A program made the translations under genes and the position numbers. A DNA stretch of 64,000 bases from an uncultured Azospirillum sp. (GTDB taxonomy: Bacteria; Pseudomonadota; Alphaproteobacteria; RF32; CAG-239), in assembly GCA_900538765.1 (NCBI GenBank), contig UQAB01000004.1:2350-66349 (forward strand), in the 5' to 3' direction. Positions 34,694-44,713 of the stretch are shown in pieces. Each line of letters opens with the position of its first letter. Position 1 is the stretch's first letter. The notes beneath the pieces are model-generated. The model was not told where the DNA came from, did no database searches, and worked only from the letters and a program-made list of their open reading frames with translations.

Positions 34694-35835
34694 GATATCA
34701 GTTCTTTTTGCAAGTCCAGTTTTTCCCAGGAAAAATACGGTTCGACAGCCGGACGCCCAAAATGTCCATAAGCGGCGGTCGGGCTGTAAACCGGTCTATC
34801 CAACTTTAAATGTTTTATTATACCGGTGGGGCTTAAGTCAAGATTATCCTGCAGAAATTTTAATATTTTGCCGGTATCAGTTTTTTCGCTGCCGAAGCAG
34901 TTGATGTAAAGGGACAAAGGTCGGGCGTAGCCGATGGCATAGGATATCTGCAGCAGGCATTTTCCGGCCAGACCGGCAGCAACAATGTTTTTGGCCAGAT
35001 AGCGCAGCATATAAGCCGCCGAGCGGTCAACTTTGGTTGCGTCTTTTCCCGAAAACGCGCCGCCGCCGTGCGGGGCATAACCGCCATAGGTATCAACGAT
35101 AATTTTTCTGCCGGTCAGGCCGGTATCTCCGTCAGGGCCGCCGATGACGAAATGTCCGGTGGGATTAATCAGTATGTTTGTCTGTGGTGTCAGAAATTTT
35201 TCCGGCAGGGTTTCTTTTATGATTTCTTTGGCAATGGCGTGAACTTCATCTTGCGACAGATGTTCGGCATGTTGGGTTGAGAGGACGATTGAGTCTGCGT
35301 ACAGCGGTTTGCCGTTGTCATTGTAGCGGATTGTTACCTGGCTTTTGGCGTCAGGCTCAATACCGCTGATTGTACCGTTGTGGCGGGCTGCCGCCAGATT
35401 TTGCAGCAGGCGGTGGGCATAATGGATGGCCAGCGGCATGTATTCAGTGTCGGGTTCCTCGTTTTGTTCGGCATAACCAAACATCAGCCCCTGGTCTCCT
35501 GCGCCGTTCCTGTCTACACCGGCGGCAATGTCCGGTGACTGGTGGTGAAGCAGGTTTTCGATTTTGACAGTCTGCCAGCTGAAATTTTTCTGGTCATAGC
35601 CGATTTTTCTGACGGTTTGGCGGACGGTGTCGGCGATCTCTTCCGGCGTGATATATTCGCGGCAGGCGGTTTCGCCCGCCAAAATGATACGGTTAGTGGT
35701 GGCCAGCGTTTCGACAGCTGCTCTGGCTGTTTTGTCCCGGCTGAGGAACAAATCCAGCACGGCGTCGGAAATCTGGTCGCAGACTTTGTCCGGATGTCCT
35801 TCCGACACGGATTCCGATGTAAACAGGTAACTCAT
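34684..35835 (-). CDS. metK: S-adenosylmethionine synthetase
   Basis: FTSESVSEGHPDKVCDQISDAVLD, GAGDQGLMFGYA, GGGAFSGKD. Confidence 0.97.
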   Translation of the reverse strand: MSYLFTSESVSEGHPDKVCDQISDAVLDLFLSRDKTARAAVETLATTNRIILAGETACREYITPEEIADTVRQTVRKIGYDQKNFSWQTVKIENLLHHQSPDIAAGVDRNGAGDQGLMFGYAEQNEEPDTEYMPLAIHYAHRLLQNLAAARHNGTISGIEPDAKSQVTIRYNDNGKPLYADSIVLSTQHAEHLSQDEVHAIAKEIIKETLPEKFLTPQTNILINPTGHFVIGGPDGDTGLTGRKIIVDTYGGYAPHGGGAFSGKDATKVDRSAAYMLRYLAKNIVAAGLAGKCLLQISYAIGYARPLSLYINCFGSEKTDTGKILKFLQDNLDLSPTGIIKHLKLDRPVYSPTAAYGHFGRPAVEPYFSWEKLDLQKELISCF

Positions 35836-35920
35836 TTAACTCTCCTTGTTGTCTGTTTCTATCATAAAAAAAAGCCAGCAAAATGCCAGCTTTTTTTATT
35901 CCATGCACAACAAGCGCCGC

Positions 35921-36439
35921 TTACTCTTCGTCGGAGCTTTCTTTTTTGTCGTTTTTATCATAGTTGTTTGTTGACTTGGACATGGCCACAATCAGATCAA
36001 ACAAATGTTTAGCCGCTTTGCGGTTGGAAATTTTATAATAAGCTTTAACCAGTTCAATGGTTTCCTGACGGTTCATCGGGTCAACATCAAAAGTTGTTCC
36101 CTCTTCTTCGAGGCACAACGGCTGGCTGTCCGGCAGACTAAACATGCGCGGGCTTTGGCTGGCGACACTTTTATCCATGTCTTCATAGAAAAATTCAACA
36201 GGAACTTCCAGAACTTTACCGATATCCCAAAGGCGACTGGCACCGACGCGGTTCATGCCGCGTTCGTATTTTTGTACCTGCTGGAAGGTTAAGCCTAATA
36301 AAGAGGCCAGTTTTTCTTGGCTCAAACCAAGCAGTGTCCTTCTCAAGCGGATGCGATTGCCAACGTGTACATCAATAGGATTGGGTTGTCCTGTCGGTGT
36401 TCTTCCGCGGCTAGATCTTTTTACAGTCTCTGCACTCAT
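35921..36439 (-). CDS. XRE-family HTH transcriptional regulator (conserved alphaproteobacterial type)
   Basis: IDVHVGNRIRLRRTLLGLSQEKLASLLGLTFQQVQKYERGMNRVGASRL. Confidence 0.85.
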   Translation of the reverse strand: MSAETVKRSSRGRTPTGQPNPIDVHVGNRIRLRRTLLGLSQEKLASLLGLTFQQVQKYERGMNRVGASRLWDIGKVLEVPVEFFYEDMDKSVASQSPRMFSLPDSQPLCLEEEGTTFDVDPMNRQETIELVKAYYKISNRKAAKHLFDLIVAMSKSTNNYDKNDKKESSDEE

Positions 36440-36578
36440 AGTTCTTTCCTTGTTATAATTTAGTCCATGAGCTAAAAATATGATTTTATGCCCCGTTCGT
36501 CAACAACAATTTTGCAATATTTTTCAATTTCGTTACCAAAAATGTAACTGGAGATTTTATTGTTTGAAAATCAATCTA

Positions 36579-38108
36579 CTAACGTTTGTAATGCGATGAA
36601 AAAAATACGAGTAATATATTAAATGTGAGTAATATTAAGGGTATTTTGTTGCCAAATTCGCCGTATATTGTATATAAATTTAACGATTTTGGGAGTCTTG
36701 CATCTAAAATTCCGCGCTGATTCAGGTCCAGCTTGTTGATAACTCTACCTGTGCGGGAGATTATGGCGCTAATTCCTGAATTTGCGGCACGGATGACGGT
36801 GATTCCTTCTTCAACGGCGCGCAGTCGAGCCGTTACCAGGTGTTGGTAAGGGCCGGCGCTGTTTCCGTACCAGCCGTCGTTTGTGGCGTTGACTATCCAT
36901 TGCGGTTTGTTTTTCCGGTCGCTTATTTCGTGCGGGAAGATTATTTCATAGCAGATGACCATGCCGAGGGCGGGATAATTTTGAATGTTAACCGTTTCCG
37001 GGCCGTTTCCAGGATGGAAATTGGCAATGGTGTTGGTAATCGGGCGGAATGAAGCCGGCAGAAAGCGGCGCAGTGGAATATATTCCCCAAACGGTACCAG
37101 ATGTGTTTTATCATAAGCTGCGGCAATTTCTCCGTTTTTACCGATTATCAGGACGGAATTCAGAGGTGATGCTTCGCCGTAACGGTCAAAACTGTACCGC
37201 AGGGCACCGGTAATCAAATATCCGTTTTCGGGGATTGCCTGCGTGACGGCCCGGCGGTGTGGCAGATCTATGTCCAGCGGAAACGGGCTGGCGGTTTCGC
37301 CCCAGATGACAAAGTCGGTTTTTTCCAGGCCGGGTTCTCGGCTCAGGGAAATGTAGTCGTTAAGGTTGTTTTCAAGCGTATTGCGGTCCCATTTCATGTT
37401 TTGGGGAATGCTGGGCTGGACGATGCGAATTGTCGTTTCTGAGGGTGTTGGATCGTCTTTTGCGGCGAGACGCCAAAAGCCGAAACCGTAAATGACGGCT
37501 ATTCCCGCAGCTATAATCGTCAGAGAAGCGCGTCGCTCGGTTTGTCCGGGAGTCTGCAGCCACAAAGCCGGAGCCGAAACGACAAAGAGCAGAAGCCAGG
37601 ACAGGCCGTAGGTTCCGAAAACGGAAGCCAGCTGGATGCCCGCACTGTGAAATGCCAGGCAGGAACCGAGAAGATTCCAGGGGAAGCCGGTCAGGATAAA
37701 GCTCCGTATCCATTCAGACAGAACCCAGAGTGCCGGAAAGACAGCGTATTTTTGTTTAAAACCCGGAAAGTAAAATGTCAGCCAGGCCGGCACGGCGGCA
37801 AACAGGCCAAAAAAAGCACCGCTGCCGAGCAGAGCGAGCGGATAGAGCCAGCCGAAAGTAGCGGCGTCAATCAGCAGAGCATTGCCAATCCAGGAAAAAC
37901 CACAGGCGAAAAAGCCGAAGCCAAACCAGTAGCCGGCGGTAAAGGCCTGTTTTGCCGAGGATGCCCGTCCGAGCAAAAGAAGCAGAACGGTGAAGCCGGC
38001 AAATAAGGCCGGGAAAAAGTAGTAAGGCGGTAGGGCACAGACAGAAAAAACGCCGGCAAGCGCTGCCGCGGTTTTGAAATGTTTGGCAAACCATGTCAGC
38101 ATTTGCAT
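36579..38108 (-). CDS. lnt: apolipoprotein N-acyltransferase
   Basis: Multi-TM N-terminus plus a CN-hydrolase domain (WGETA, VICYEIIFP, NDGWYG). 509 aa. Confidence 0.9.
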   Translation of the reverse strand: MQMLTWFAKHFKTAAALAGVFSVCALPPYYFFPALFAGFTVLLLLLGRASSAKQAFTAGYWFGFGFFACGFSWIGNALLIDAATFGWLYPLALLGSGAFFGLFAAVPAWLTFYFPGFKQKYAVFPALWVLSEWIRSFILTGFPWNLLGSCLAFHSAGIQLASVFGTYGLSWLLLFVVSAPALWLQTPGQTERRASLTIIAAGIAVIYGFGFWRLAAKDDPTPSETTIRIVQPSIPQNMKWDRNTLENNLNDYISLSREPGLEKTDFVIWGETASPFPLDIDLPHRRAVTQAIPENGYLITGALRYSFDRYGEASPLNSVLIIGKNGEIAAAYDKTHLVPFGEYIPLRRFLPASFRPITNTIANFHPGNGPETVNIQNYPALGMVICYEIIFPHEISDRKNKPQWIVNATNDGWYGNSAGPYQHLVTARLRAVEEGITVIRAANSGISAIISRTGRVINKLDLNQRGILDARLPKSLNLYTIYGEFGNKIPLILLTFNILLVFFSSHYKR

Positions 38109-38626
38109 TACTCTTGGTAGGGATTGGCAATATTCAGCGCATGAAGAATGTTTATTTCGAAACCTTCCATATATTCAGCTTCTTCATCTTCTTGGTGGTC
38201 AAAACCCAGAATATGTAAAAAGCCGTGTGTCAGCAGGTGGCAGTAATGGTCTGCAAAGGAGATGCCCTTCTCTGCCGCTTCCCTTTTCATGGTTTCCAGC
38301 GCAATAATGATATCCCCGAGTTCGATTTCGTCATAATTTTGACAGTCGGCTGTGAAGTCGGGATCGTCAATATTGGCGAAAGACAGGACATTGGTAGGCT
38401 TATCTATACCGCGAAATTCCCGGTTCAGGCGATGCACGTTTTCATCATTGCTCAGACAGAGGCTGATTATGATTTCTTTGTCGGCGGGGAGAAAACTCAG
38501 GTCATGGTGTCGGCTGACATAAGAAAATACGGTTTCCATAACCGTATCGGAGATTTTTTCGGCATCGGGGAGGGCTGAATTCCAGCCCTCGTCCTCAATG
38601 CTCAGATATAACTGCGGTTTAATCAT
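38108..38626 (-). CDS. ybeY: rRNA maturation endoribonuclease YbeY
   Basis: HLLTHGFLHILGFDH zinc motif. Start ATG 38626 (MIKPQLY) overlaps the phoH stop (ATGATTAA). The stop overlaps the lnt ATG (TAATG). Confidence 0.9.
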   Translation of the reverse strand: MIKPQLYLSIEDEGWNSALPDAEKISDTVMETVFSYVSRHHDLSFLPADKEIIISLCLSNDENVHRLNREFRGIDKPTNVLSFANIDDPDFTADCQNYDEIELGDIIIALETMKREAAEKGISFADHYCHLLTHGFLHILGFDHQEDEEAEYMEGFEINILHALNIANPYQE

Positions 38627-39590
38627 AGCCGTGCTGCCTTTTTCCTTTTTCTTCATAGGCTTTGACGATTTTGGCGACCAGTCCGTGACGGACGACATCG
38701 GAGGCACTGAAGGTGACTGAGCTTATGCCCGGAACTTTGTCCAACGTGTCGAGGGCGTCTTTCAGGCCGGAAACAACGCCGCGCGGGAGGTCAACCTGGC
38801 TTAAGTCGCCGTTGATGACCATGCGGGAGTTTTCGCCGAGGCGGGTCAGAAACATTTTCATCTGCATCGGCGTCGTATTTTGCGCTTCATCGAGGATGAC
38901 GAAGGCATTAGACAGGGTGCGGCCGCGCATGAAAGCCAGCGGGGCGATTTCGATTTCGCCGATGGCCAGTTTCTTGTCTACCTGTTCCGCCGGGAGCATT
39001 TCATACAGGGCGTCGTAGAGCGGGCGGAGATAAGGGTCGACTTTGTCTTTTAAGTCGCCCGGTAAAAAGCCCAGGTTTTCTCCGGCTTCGACCGCAGGGC
39101 GGGAAAGGACGATTTTATCAATTTTACCTTCAAGCATCATGGAAACGGCCAAGGCAACGGCCAGGTATGTTTTACCCGTACCGGCAGGCCCGAGGCCGAA
39201 GACCATTTCGTTTTTCATCATTTCCTGAATATATTTTGCCTGCGTTGCGGAACGCGGGTAAATGTGGCGTTTTTTTGTTTTAAGGACAATATCTGCCAAG
39301 TTGGCATTGTCTTCTTCGTCATTGCTTTCCGGCCCATCGCTCAAACGAACGGCTGCTTTGACTTCCTGAGCCGTGATTTCAATGCCTTTTGTCAGTTTGT
39401 GGTGCAATATTTCCAAAGCGTTGTGCGCCTGTTTGACGGCGGCTTCATCGCCTTTGATTTTAATTTGGTTGCCGAAAGAAGAGATTTCGGTATTCAGCAT
39501 TTGTTCGATGATTTTCAGGTTGGCGTCCTGCGGGCCGATGAGCTGCTGGACGAGCTGGTTGTTATAGAGTTCAAAAATATCTTCAGTCAT
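38619..39590 (-). CDS. phoH: PhoH-like ATPase (YbeZ)
   Basis: GPAGTGKTYLAVALAV Walker A and ILDEAQN Walker B. Confidence 0.93.
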   Translation of the reverse strand: MTEDIFELYNNQLVQQLIGPQDANLKIIEQMLNTEISSFGNQIKIKGDEAAVKQAHNALEILHHKLTKGIEITAQEVKAAVRLSDGPESNDEEDNANLADIVLKTKKRHIYPRSATQAKYIQEMMKNEMVFGLGPAGTGKTYLAVALAVSMMLEGKIDKIVLSRPAVEAGENLGFLPGDLKDKVDPYLRPLYDALYEMLPAEQVDKKLAIGEIEIAPLAFMRGRTLSNAFVILDEAQNTTPMQMKMFLTRLGENSRMVINGDLSQVDLPRGVVSGLKDALDTLDKVPGISSVTFSASDVVRHGLVAKIVKAYEEKGKRQHGYD

Positions 39591-39592
39591 GA

Positions 39593-40924
39593 TTATACTC
39601 CTTCCGCAGTTCCGGTTAATGAATTGGTTGTTGCAGCGGTTACTTTTACGTTGACAATACGGTTTAGTTGAGAATCGCCGATAGCGGCATGCAGGTTCTG
39701 CATATACGGGGTGCGGCCGATAAGCTGGCCTTTGTGGCGGCCCTTACTTTCGAACAGAACCGGCATAATCTGTCCGACGCATTCTTGATTGAATTTGTTC
39801 TGATAATCGAAAAGCAGATTTTGCAGAATGTCGAGACGTTCTTTTTTGACTTTTTCTTCAACCTGTCCGGGCATTAATGCGGCGGGAGTTCCCGGGCGGC
39901 GGCTGTATTTGAATGAGAAGGCCTGAATGTATTTGACCCGGTTGACAATGTCCAGCGTTGCCTGAAAGTCAGCGTCGTCTTCCCCCGGAAAACCGACGAT
40001 GAAGTCTGATGACATTCTGAGTTTGGGATTGGCTTTATATAATTTTTCGACAATTCTGAGATAATCACCCGAAGTGTGGCGACGGTTCATGCTTTTCAGG
40101 ATTTTGTCAGAACCCGACTGTACCGGCAGGTGGAGATAGGGCATCAGTTTGTCCAGGTCATGGTGGCAGGCAATGATTTCATCGGTCATGTCTGCGGGGT
40201 ATGAGGTGGTGTATTTGATGCGTTTAAGGCCGTCAAATTCTGCCAGGCGGCGTAGCAGATAATCCAAGCCGCGCTCTTTGCCGTTTTTGTCTTCGCCGTG
40301 GTAGGAGTTGACGTTTTGGCCGAGAAGGTTGATTTCAATGCTGCCGGTTTCAATGAGGCGTCGGGCTTCTTCCAAAACATCTTCAACCGGACGGGAATAT
40401 TCGGCGCCGCGGGTATAAGGGACAACGCAGTAAGTGCAAAAATTGTCGCAGCCTTCCTGAATGGCCAGAAAAGAACAGCCGCCGCCGGAAGTGTTTTCGG
40501 GCAGGTAGTCAAATTTTGCTTCGACGGGGAAGTCGGTGTCGATAACGAAATCTCCTTTGCGGCGTTTTACCTGGGCAATGATTTCCGGCAGACGATGGTA
40601 AGTCAGCGGGCCGGCAGCAAAGTCGACAAAAGGCGCACGTTTCCAGATTTGCTCGTCTTCCGCCTGGACAACACAGCCGACAACGCCGATAATAGTGCTT
40701 TTCCCTTCGGCAGCCCGTTCTTCTCTGACGAGGTTGAGGCGTCCGAGGTCAGAAAAGACTTTTTCCGCCGCTTTTTCACGAATGTGGCAGGTGTTGAAGA
40801 TAACGAGATCGGCATCCCTGACGGAAGAGGCTTCCGTATAGCCGAGAGATTGCAAGATGTTGGCTATCCGTCCCGAATCATAGACATTCATCTGGCAGCC
40901 AAAAGTTTTAATATAATATTGCAC
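39593..40924 (-). CDS. miaB: tRNA-i6A37 methylthiotransferase MiaB
   Basis: TFGCQMNVYDS, CDNFCTYCVVPYTRG radical-SAM motif, TRAM C-terminus. Confidence 0.95.
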   Translation of the reverse strand: MQYYIKTFGCQMNVYDSGRIANILQSLGYTEASSVRDADLVIFNTCHIREKAAEKVFSDLGRLNLVREERAAEGKSTIIGVVGCVVQAEDEQIWKRAPFVDFAAGPLTYHRLPEIIAQVKRRKGDFVIDTDFPVEAKFDYLPENTSGGGCSFLAIQEGCDNFCTYCVVPYTRGAEYSRPVEDVLEEARRLIETGSIEINLLGQNVNSYHGEDKNGKERGLDYLLRRLAEFDGLKRIKYTTSYPADMTDEIIACHHDLDKLMPYLHLPVQSGSDKILKSMNRRHTSGDYLRIVEKLYKANPKLRMSSDFIVGFPGEDDADFQATLDIVNRVKYIQAFSFKYSRRPGTPAALMPGQVEEKVKKERLDILQNLLFDYQNKFNQECVGQIMPVLFESKGRHKGQLIGRTPYMQNLHAAIGDSQLNRIVNVKVTAATTNSLTGTAEGV

Positions 40925-41114
40925 AGTTTACCTTATAGTTACAGTTGTCTTATTCAGATTATTTTAGGGCATAATATTTATCTTTTCAAATGTTATTTGT
41001 GCGATTTCGGTCATTGAGGGGAATTTTTTTTACGCGGGGCAAAATTGTTCTGGTAAAGGCGGCTTTTTTCTGTTACCATACGCACAGAAAAAGTAATTAA
41101 TTCGGAATAAAGAG

Positions 41115-41561
41115 ATGAAAGATAATATGCTGGAGCAGGATATGAAGATTATTTCTCAACTGAATGAAGAGCAAAAGCTGGCTTTTTTGACGGCGTTTGC
41201 AAAACTGGCAGGTGCAGACGGCCATGTTGATGCGGAAGAAAAAGAGTTTATTCGGGATGCGGCGCTGACTTACGGTATCCCCGGTTCGCGTATTGATGAA
41301 ATCTGGGCGTCAAAGTCAGAAGAAGAGCTGCTGGAAAAGGTCAAACTTATTGACAACCGTCAGGCTGCTTTGATGCTGATTAAGGAAATGTGCATGCTGG
41401 CTCATGCCGATGACGAGCTTTCAGATTCAGAAACCCTGCTTATCGGCAAGGTTGGAGAAGCGATGGGGGTTTCTCTTGAGAAAATCCAGCAAATCAGTAA
41501 TTGGGTGATTGACCGAATCATTTGGCTGGAACGCGGCAAGCTGATTTTTGAAGAAGTGTAG
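41115..41561 (+). CDS. TerB-like (tellurite-resistance TerB / DjlA N-domain fold) protein
   Basis: LAGADGHVDAEEKEFIRD and LAHADDELSDSETLLI paired acidic motifs, typical of TerB-like helical domains. Confidence 0.6.
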   Translation: MKDNMLEQDMKIISQLNEEQKLAFLTAFAKLAGADGHVDAEEKEFIRDAALTYGIPGSRIDEIWASKSEEELLEKVKLIDNRQAALMLIKEMCMLAHADDELSDSETLLIGKVGEAMGVSLEKIQQISNWVIDRIIWLERGKLIFEEV

Positions 41562-41584
41562 TTAACTTCCCGGCAGGAGGTAAA

Positions 41585-42595
41585 ATGGCAGAGTTATCAG
41601 ACAACGGCGGAGAAAGCAGAATCCGAAAAATGGAAACGCTGCGAAACGACAGCTCGCGGCTTGATACGCCGGAAAATATTGTCAGAAAAGCGGTTGAACG
41701 CCTGTATCCGCGTATTAATGCCGAAGACAGCAGACGAATCGTCACAGGGTTGGTGACACAGCCGACAAGCAGTAAAATCAAAATCGGCGACGAGGAAATC
41801 AGAATAGATTATCTGAATGAGTATGTGGCCGATAATATTGAGCTGATTAATGCCGGTTCTTCCGAATACGGCAGTTCGTCGATGGGGGAATATTTTGGCT
41901 GGATTGAAGAAGGGCAGAGCGTTATCAGAAATATGACTGACGGCGAAATTACGGTTCAGGATTTGGAAGAAAAGCATGATTTGCTTAGTAATTTTCAGCA
42001 GCGCGAAGTCGATTTGATGACTTGTATCGCTTTGTATAAACGCTGTAATCTGGAAGACGAGCGGATTAAAAAGAAGTTTGAGGAATTAAACAAGAAACTG
42101 TTACGCCTGCGCGAAATCAGGAGTGCGGTCGAAACCTCTACCAAAGACAAGGTTGATGAGAAAAACCGCCCGGAGAACAATGTGGTGCGTGATATTATCA
42201 AAGCACAGGTTTATTTGAATTTCTTATCTTTGGTTGGCAGGGAAGTTGAGGACGGGAAACAGCTGGTTTCACCGGAAGAGCGCCGGCAGCTTAATATTAT
42301 CAGCAATTCCTATGTTAATGTGCCCTATGTTCTGGAGAGTATCAGCCGAGCGTTACAGCGGAAAGATAATTTCCGCGAGAGCCTGGCGGAGCGTTATGTG
42401 ATGCAGAAGGAAGAGGCTAAACCTCAGACCCGGGAATCGATAGAGCATAAGCTGGCAGTGTTGTCCGGACGCCGGGCGCCGCTGCGGCAGGAGCCGGAAT
42501 ATGATTACAGCCAGACGCGGGCCCGGGCTTTTGACATGAATAAATATCTGATGCTTAAAAAGCTGAAGGAAAGTCAAGATTATCTTCGGGCATAA
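41585..42595 (+). CDS. hypothetical soluble protein (336 aa, charged and probably coiled-coil-rich)
   Basis: 23 nt downstream of the TerB-like gene, same strand. No TM and no recognisable motif. Confidence 0.5.
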   Translation: MAELSDNGGESRIRKMETLRNDSSRLDTPENIVRKAVERLYPRINAEDSRRIVTGLVTQPTSSKIKIGDEEIRIDYLNEYVADNIELINAGSSEYGSSSMGEYFGWIEEGQSVIRNMTDGEITVQDLEEKHDLLSNFQQREVDLMTCIALYKRCNLEDERIKKKFEELNKKLLRLREIRSAVETSTKDKVDEKNRPENNVVRDIIKAQVYLNFLSLVGREVEDGKQLVSPEERRQLNIISNSYVNVPYVLESISRALQRKDNFRESLAERYVMQKEEAKPQTRESIEHKLAVLSGRRAPLRQEPEYDYSQTRARAFDMNKYLMLKKLKESQDYLRA

Positions 42596-42622
42596 TTGTT
42601 TTTTTATTGTAGGAGTAAGAGA

Positions 42623-42925
42623 ATGGGGCTCTTGTTAGAACCTTTTGTATATATTTTGCATGTTTTGCTTTCGGTTTATTTCTATATTATCGTTATTGAG
42701 GTTATTTTACACTGGCTGATACAGTTTGGTATCGTCAATTTGCACAATGGTTTTATGCAGCGTTTGACGCGTGTGCTCGAATCGCTTACTCGGCCGGTTT
42801 ATGCCAAGGTGCGCGCTTATGTGCCGCCTTTTTCGGGAATCGATTTTTCGCCGTTTATTTTGTTGTTGGCACTGACGTTTTTACAGCGTTTGCTGTGGCG
42901 TATTTCTCAGCTTTTGGCCGGTTGA
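42623..42925 (+). CDS. YggT family membrane protein
   Basis: SD AGGAG at 42611-15. YIIVIEVILHWLI...VPPFSGIDFSPFILLLAL matches the YggT pattern. Confidence 0.75.
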   Translation: MGLLLEPFVYILHVLLSVYFYIIVIEVILHWLIQFGIVNLHNGFMQRLTRVLESLTRPVYAKVRAYVPPFSGIDFSPFILLLALTFLQRLLWRISQLLAG

Positions 42926-42930
42926 AAGCA

Positions 42931-43236
42931 ATGTTTTATGATGAGAAAAACGGCAAGGTCATTGTCAGAGTCAGGCTTTCTCCCAATGCGGCTGCTTTGA
43001 AGGTAAACGGCATTTTTACCGATGCCGGCGGAGAAGAATATCTGAAAATCAGCGTCATATCTGTTCCCGAAAAGGGAAAGGCCAACAAGGAACTGGTGAA
43101 TCTTCTGTCCGGCCGGCTTAAAATAGCCAAGTCTGATATTGTTATTGTCAGCGGTGAAACGGATCGGTATAAAAGGCTTGAAGTTTCGGGAGAAACGGAT
43201 ATGATTATTTCTCGGTTGAATGAATTGGCGGGGTGA
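42931..43236 (+). CDS. DUF167 (YggU/UPF0235) protein
   Basis: VRVRLSPNAAALKVNG...LKISVISVPEKGKANKELVNLLS...IVSGETDRYKRLEV. Confidence 0.75.
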   Translation: MFYDEKNGKVIVRVRLSPNAAALKVNGIFTDAGGEEYLKISVISVPEKGKANKELVNLLSGRLKIAKSDIVIVSGETDRYKRLEVSGETDMIISRLNELAG

Positions 43237-43239
43237 ATT

Positions 43240-44091
43240 TTGACGGCGGAAATTATTGACGGGAAAGAAATGGCGCGCCGGGTTCGGGAAGAACTGGCGC
43301 AGAAAACGGCTCTTTTGAAACACAAACCGCATTTGGCGGTGGTTTTGGTCGGCAATGATGAAGCCAGCCTGATTTATGACCGCAACAAACAGAGAGCAGC
43401 ACAGGAAATCGGCATGGAATGTGTGATTCACCATTTGCCGGAAGATATTTCCCAAAAGGAGCTGACGGCGCTGATTGATGAATTGAACGCGGCCAAAAAG
43501 GTGAACGGGATTATCGTTCAGATGCCGCTGCCGGCGCATTTGAATGCGGAAGAGGTTTTGCGGCACATTGTTCCCGAGAAAGACGTTGACGGTTTCGGCG
43601 TCTATAATGCCGGACTGTTGATGACAAATTCTCCCGAAGCGATTATTGCGGCGACCCCGAAAGGAATTTTGCGTATGTTAAAGTCGGTTTATACTGATTT
43701 GAGCGGCAAATATGCCGTGATTATCGGGCGCTCAAATATTGTCGGGCGGCCGCTGGCTGCGCTTTTGCTGAATAACAACTGTACGGTGACTGTTGTTCAC
43801 AGCAAATCTGAGAATATTGAAGAACTGACACGGTGTGCCGACATTGTCATTGCTGCCTGTGGCAAAGCGCGCCTGGTTAAAAAAGAGTGGCTTAAACCGG
43901 GAGCGGTAGTTATTGATGTCGGGATTAACCGGGTTAACGGCAAATTGGCCGGGGATGTCGATTTTGATGATGTTTTGGGGACGGCCGGTTATATTACGCC
44001 GGTTCCGGGCGGTGTCGGACCGATGACCGTGGCCATGCTTTTGGACAATACTTTAGAGGCTTATATCCGACAGAACAAGGAGGTTTTATGA
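43240..44091 (+). CDS. folD: bifunctional methylenetetrahydrofolate dehydrogenase/cyclohydrolase
   Basis: TTG start. IIDGKEMA, GRSNIVGRPLAALL, PVPGGVGPMTVAMLL. Confidence 0.95.
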   Translation: MTAEIIDGKEMARRVREELAQKTALLKHKPHLAVVLVGNDEASLIYDRNKQRAAQEIGMECVIHHLPEDISQKELTALIDELNAAKKVNGIIVQMPLPAHLNAEEVLRHIVPEKDVDGFGVYNAGLLMTNSPEAIIAATPKGILRMLKSVYTDLSGKYAVIIGRSNIVGRPLAALLLNNNCTVTVVHSKSENIEELTRCADIVIAACGKARLVKKEWLKPGAVVIDVGINRVNGKLAGDVDFDDVLGTAGYITPVPGGVGPMTVAMLLDNTLEAYIRQNKEVL

Positions 44092-44708
44092 TTACGGCGA
44101 TGCGCAGAGTCAGCAGTTATTTTCACAAATTTGTCAGGGCTTGTTATGATTGGATGATTGCCATGGCGTCCAATGAGCACGCTATGTATTTTTTGGCAGC
44201 GATAGCTTTTATTGAGAGCTCTTTTTTTCCGATTCCGCCGGATATTATGTTAATTCCGATGGTTTTGGCGGCGCCGCAGAAAGCGTGGCGGATTGCCGGC
44301 GTGGCTACGGCAGCAAGTGTTGTCGGCGGTTATTTCGGCTATGCCATCGGCGTTTTCGGTTATGAGGTTATTGCCAAGCCGATACTGAATTTTTACGGTT
44401 ATATGCAGCAGTTTGAAACATTTCAGGGATATTATCACGAATGGGGGGCGTGGATTGTTTTTGGCGCCGGGGTAACGCCGTTTCCTTATAAGGTTGTCAC
44501 GATTGCCAGCGGTGTCGTTCATCTGGATTTGCTGGTTTTCGGCATTGCTTCGGTCATTTCTCGCGGCATTCGCTTTTATTTGGTGGCCTGGCTTTTGAAA
44601 AAATACGGCGAGCCGATGCGAGAATTTATTGATAAGAATTTGGGAATGCTGTCGATTTTGTTTGTACTTTTGCTGGTCGGCGGATTTGCCTGTGTCAAAT
44701 ATATGTAG
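44088..44708 (+). CDS. YqaA/DedA-like (SNARE-associated domain) membrane protein
   Basis: AFIESSFFPIPPDIMLIPMVLA motif. ATGA overlap with folD. Confidence 0.7.
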   Translation: MITAMRRVSSYFHKFVRACYDWMIAMASNEHAMYFLAAIAFIESSFFPIPPDIMLIPMVLAAPQKAWRIAGVATAASVVGGYFGYAIGVFGYEVIAKPILNFYGYMQQFETFQGYYHEWGAWIVFGAGVTPFPYKVVTIASGVVHLDLLVFGIASVISRGIRFYLVAWLLKKYGEPMREFIDKNLGMLSILFVLLLVGGFACVKYM

Positions 44709-44713
44709 CAAAG

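Noticed and set aside
35866-35900. An A8...T7-flanked segment between metK and the XRE gene that looked like a bidirectional terminator.
   Set aside because: The core GCCAGC...GCCAGC is a direct repeat, not an inverted one. Only ~3 bp can pair, so no terminator is called.
38627-38707. N-terminal extensions of the listed ORFs for ybeY (to 38707), deoA (to 58145), merR (to 25666), yggT (from 42596), DUF167 (from 42895) and groES (from 19239).
   Set aside because: The extensions overlap upstream genes or lack SD sequences. Internal starts give family-typical N-termini with SDs or coupled stop-start overlaps.
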